The translations under genes were made by a program, and so were the position numbers. Under the pieces are notes generated by a model that had not been told where the DNA came from, did no database searches, and saw only the letters and a program-made list of their open reading frames with translations. A stretch of 39,410 bases of DNA from Jimgerdemannia flammicorona (Eukaryota), in NCBI GenBank assembly GCA_003990765.1, contig RBNJ01000142.1, forward strand, positions 1 through 39,410, in the 5' to 3' direction. Positions 36,120-39,410 of this stretch are shown here, one piece after another; position 1 is the first letter of the stretch; each line of letters opens with the position of its first letter.

Positions 36120-36880
36120 CATTCGATCAATTGATTGTAGACTTGAAGGGTGCTCGGTCGCTGGTCGGGATCAAGGTGCCAGCAACTCCGAATGATATTG
36201 TTAAATGCCGTTGGTGCAGGCCATCTGGATTGCTCTCAACGGCCGTGGATGCGAAACCTTTTGGTGGAACGCCTACAATCAGCCGCCACAGCAGGGTTCC
36301 CAAGCAGTAGATGTCCGATTTCTGGATATACTGCTTTTCCTCAAAAATCTCTGGAGGAAGGTATTCTAATCGACCATAAACTCCTTTCGTGGAGTGTACC
36401 TCTTCTACAGAACTGCTAAGACCAACATCAATCAAGAGCGCGATATCAGAGCTATGAAACACTACATTACCCGCGTACCCCATGACAGAAACCCATATTG
36501 TGAAGAATGACCATGTGGCTGGCAAGTTTCATGCCATATGTTAAAGCGGTGTACCAATCACCATCTTGTTCGCATGATATAACCATGAGATATATACTCT
36601 TCAGTTTTTGAATATTGTGACAAACTAGCAACAGCCATTATCAAATAAATATTCAACACTAACTATATTGATGAGATAAAGACAGTAGAATTACTTATAA
36701 GCTAGACTATATGAAGAGTACTATATGACACCAACTGAATCTCACCTCTATAACCATTGATGGCTTCGGCTAACTTATAAAATGCGGGTTTCACATAAAC
36801 CTGTGTCTGGTAAACCTTTGCAAACCCGCCTTCAGCAAGTAGCTTAACATCGTTGACCGGGATCCAGGCAAGATATGGGT
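36120..36880 (-). pseudogene. Kinase domain (TKL-like), catalytic loop frameshifted
   Basis: LAWIP..LLAEGGFAKVY; LHNMGFCHG/AGNVVF; LIDVGLS; YGRLEYLPPEIF; KSDIYCLGTLLW; IIRSCWHLDPDQRPS in a shifted frame; VAIK region not found. Confidence 0.9.
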
Positions 36881-37822
36881 CCAGCTGTGGCACGCCCAAG
36901 GTGTTGAGACAGGCACGGAGTTTTTGGTCGTCACGGGGATATAGGTTCTTCCATACCGATATTTTCTTTTGGTGGGCTTTTTTCTTTTGGCGGGCTTCGT
37001 CCAGGTGTTCGAAGGGCTTGATTCGGGCCAGCAGGTTCTGTAGGCGAGTGTGGGGGGACGATTTTGACACAACCACAAAGGCGATTTCGGTGAACACAAT
37101 ACGTCACATGATCACGTATGACCACAGGTCAATGATGCAGGAATGTCTTGGGCGCCTAGCGCAAAAATGTTTCAACGCCGTTGTTTCGTCTAAGGCGTAT
37201 GTAAAATTGGGCGTAGGTTTCCTTTTATGGTATTAGCGCAGTGTGCACTATTTCTATATGTAATCTATCATTCAGCTTTACACTTACGCTCTACGCTTCC
37301 GTACATTCGTACGCATTTTTCATTACCACCCACCCCCCCCCCTCTACATATGTATATACACTTATTGGCTGGGCCGGTTTTTTATACCGTGTGTTTCACC
37401 CAAATACAGAACAATGATCATTCATTTGTTACTTGGTCATTCATTGGTTGGCAAGAGGTTATTGGTGTATTCTCGTCGTAACGTAGTTGACATCACGTGA
37501 GCGTAGCGTAGTCGTTATCACGCGGTTGCAGCGTAGATTGACATTACGGCAAAACATTGACGGTATTGAATCAGTAGTTTCAAGCCAACGCTTGGTGACG
37601 CTATGCTTATGAATTCTTACTATACGTCAACTCGCTTTAGCTACACTCTAGTCTACACCCACATGGCGCATGTCTCGAGTGGGATGATTCCGTGCCCAAT
37701 ACCCGAGTATACTCATATTTTTGAACATATAGAAATAGGACAGATGTAGTTCCTCCAATAATGGGGAAGACTTTTGGTCACGGTAAGCGGGATATCTTTC
37801 ATCTACTGGTATAGTTTTTTAT

Positions 37823-37824
<2 letters not shown>

Positions 37825-37894
<70 letters not shown>
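37825..37894 (+). repeat. Poly(T) tract (~70 nt) at the left end of a ~430-bp AT-rich island that also has a poly(A) run at ~38157-38172
   Basis: Seen directly in the sequence. Confidence 0.95.
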
Positions 37895-37897
<3 letters not shown>

Positions 37898-38219
37898 GAT
37901 ATTACTTTCAGACATTATTGCTGTTCAATATATATTATTTTTATGTATATTAAACAACTATAAGTAAAGATTTAGTAGTTAGTAAAAATTGATAGATGAG
38001 ATTTTTAATAAAGTATTATATATATTAAGATATAATTTAAGCTTATAAAAGATTTACTTTAAATGTGATCAACTTATTAAAGATGATATATATTTATATA
38101 GACAAGCAAGAGAAAAAGATATAAAAATACGATTTTTAAGTTTAATAAATAGTTAGAAAAAAAAAAAAAAAATATTATTAAAAAAGAGACAATTTGATAT
38201 GTAATATTATTACTTTGGC

Positions 38220-38480
38220 TTAAGATATAATTATACAAGTTATTAGTTCTTCGTGGTCAAACTTGCAGCCAAGTGGAGTGGCGGCACACCGCCCTTGCTT
38301 TTGACGTTCGCATCCATCCCAAACTTTAACAAAAGCAAGTTCACCACCTCGACGTAACCGGCCGATGCTGCCCAGTGCAATGGCGTCCGGCTGTCCATTT
38401 TCTCGATGTTGCGGTGGCATTCTGTGTCTCCGGCGATACCCGTAAGTGCCCTCTTCACTTCGATATTCCCTACCAATGCG
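38220..38480 (-). pseudogene. Ankyrin-repeat gene fragment
   Basis: DSRTPLHWAASAGYVEVVNLLLLKFGMDANVKSKGGVPPLHLAA, continuing as DHEELI in another frame before running into AT-rich DNA. Confidence 0.85.
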
Positions 38481-39410
38481 GTCCATTGCGATATTGTCCA
38501 ACCACAGACGACGTAACATTCTTTGCATGTACCACTAGCTGCTAGTTCCTAAATTGTTGGTTCTAACCGCACGTTACAAAAAGTGACTTGAGTGGTTATG
38601 TTTCCAAAGCTTGCATGATGGGAAGGATTCAGACATACCTTGATTTGCCTGGGATGTATTTTGCCCTTTCGTTGCCCTTCCGTTACCGCTGGCGATTGCG
38701 AATATTTTTTGCCGGTTAAACCGGGAATGCGTGCAATTTTTTTTTTTTTTCCAAGCCTCGACATCTTGAACAGGGTTCGTTCTTGTCGCACAATTTTCTA
38801 CTCCTGTCGCGTCGTTTCCTGGGGCCGATTCCGTTCCGCTTAGTTGTGGCGTCTCAATGAAAAATTGGTCACCAATATGAGTAGGAGTGTTTGTACGCTC
38901 ACTTCAAAGATGGGTTTTTTATTTCACTTGAGGGAACCCAACTAAGTTGTGACATGTTACCAATTTACGTTCAAGAATGTGAGTTGATGGCTTGTGGGCA
39001 TCACCTACAAAGAATTCGTGATTATACATCGCTAATAATGCCATGTATTTTTTGTCATTGTCATTTATCCACATATTATTGAGTCCGGCCGTATCTTACA
39101 TGTCACAGAAAATTTGCGCGTTCTAATGTCACGGAGGAGTTTGTGCGCGTTCGGAATGTCACGCTTGGAAAGTCGCGGAATCGAAAAAGATTTTGAATGC
39201 AACACTCCGGCGACGGAATGCTCCGCAGCTAGTGATCGACAGTTCTCCCCGCGCCCGCTCAACGGTAAAGAGCATACAAACGAGAAGGGTATCCGCAATC
39301 GCAAAGGAAGTAAAACCCAACAAAGAGTTTCAGTGACGATGCCTGTGGCGGTTTGGACGTTGAGGGGGACTTGTATGGTGACGGGGGAAGGTTGTTCAGT
39401 GGGCGGGGGG

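Larger units (their letters stand above)
30658..37130 (-). pseudogene. TKL-type protein kinase fused to a C-terminal array of ~30 RI/NLRC3-like LRR exons (disrupted)
   Basis: Kinase, linker exon and LRR exons are co-oriented and joined by GT-AG introns (e.g. ~35806-35873); putative last exon ends at TAA 30658-30660; several frameshifts. Confidence 0.8.

Noticed and set aside
37480-37570. CpG-rich patch with CACGTG and repeated CGTAG as the kinase promoter
   Set aside because: Short motifs are expected by chance; no independent support.
39065-39410. Minus-strand frame open from the right edge
   Set aside because: No recognisable motif; cannot be judged without flanking sequence.

Overview
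Eukaryotic, most likely fungal DNA. The spliceosomal introns and gene families (TKL kinase, RI-type LRR, Crinkler-like, ankyrin) suggest an early-diverging fungus such as Mucoromycota; this host call is inference. Two sharply different compartments. (1) 1-~27,850 is a nest of retroelements decayed by C>T/G>A transitions at CpG and CpA/TpG. It holds a young CpG-rich L1/Tx1-like LINE 5' end (1-943) inserted in the 3' LTR of Ty3/Gypsy element A (944-10,665, minus; gag-PR-dUTPase-RT-RH-IN); two solo LTRs (C 2,614-4,314; D 14,598-16,641); a non-autonomous element B (17,653-24,043, minus; gag-dUTPase-PR, no RT/RH/IN) with intact LTRs, PBS, PPT and TSD; and older Gypsy remnants. The long LTRs of A and C/D carry sense-strand ORFs in U3 that share a protein motif although their DNA looks unrelated. 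B has the same LTR termini as C/D but a different interior. (2) ~27,850-39,410 is normal-CpG DNA with decayed minus-strand genes: an LRR (F-box-like) remnant, a Crinkler-like remnant, an ankyrin remnant, and a TKL kinase fused to about 30 tandem exon+intron units, each exon encoding one 28-aa LRR. All alignments and counts were done by eye; decayed boundaries are approximate.
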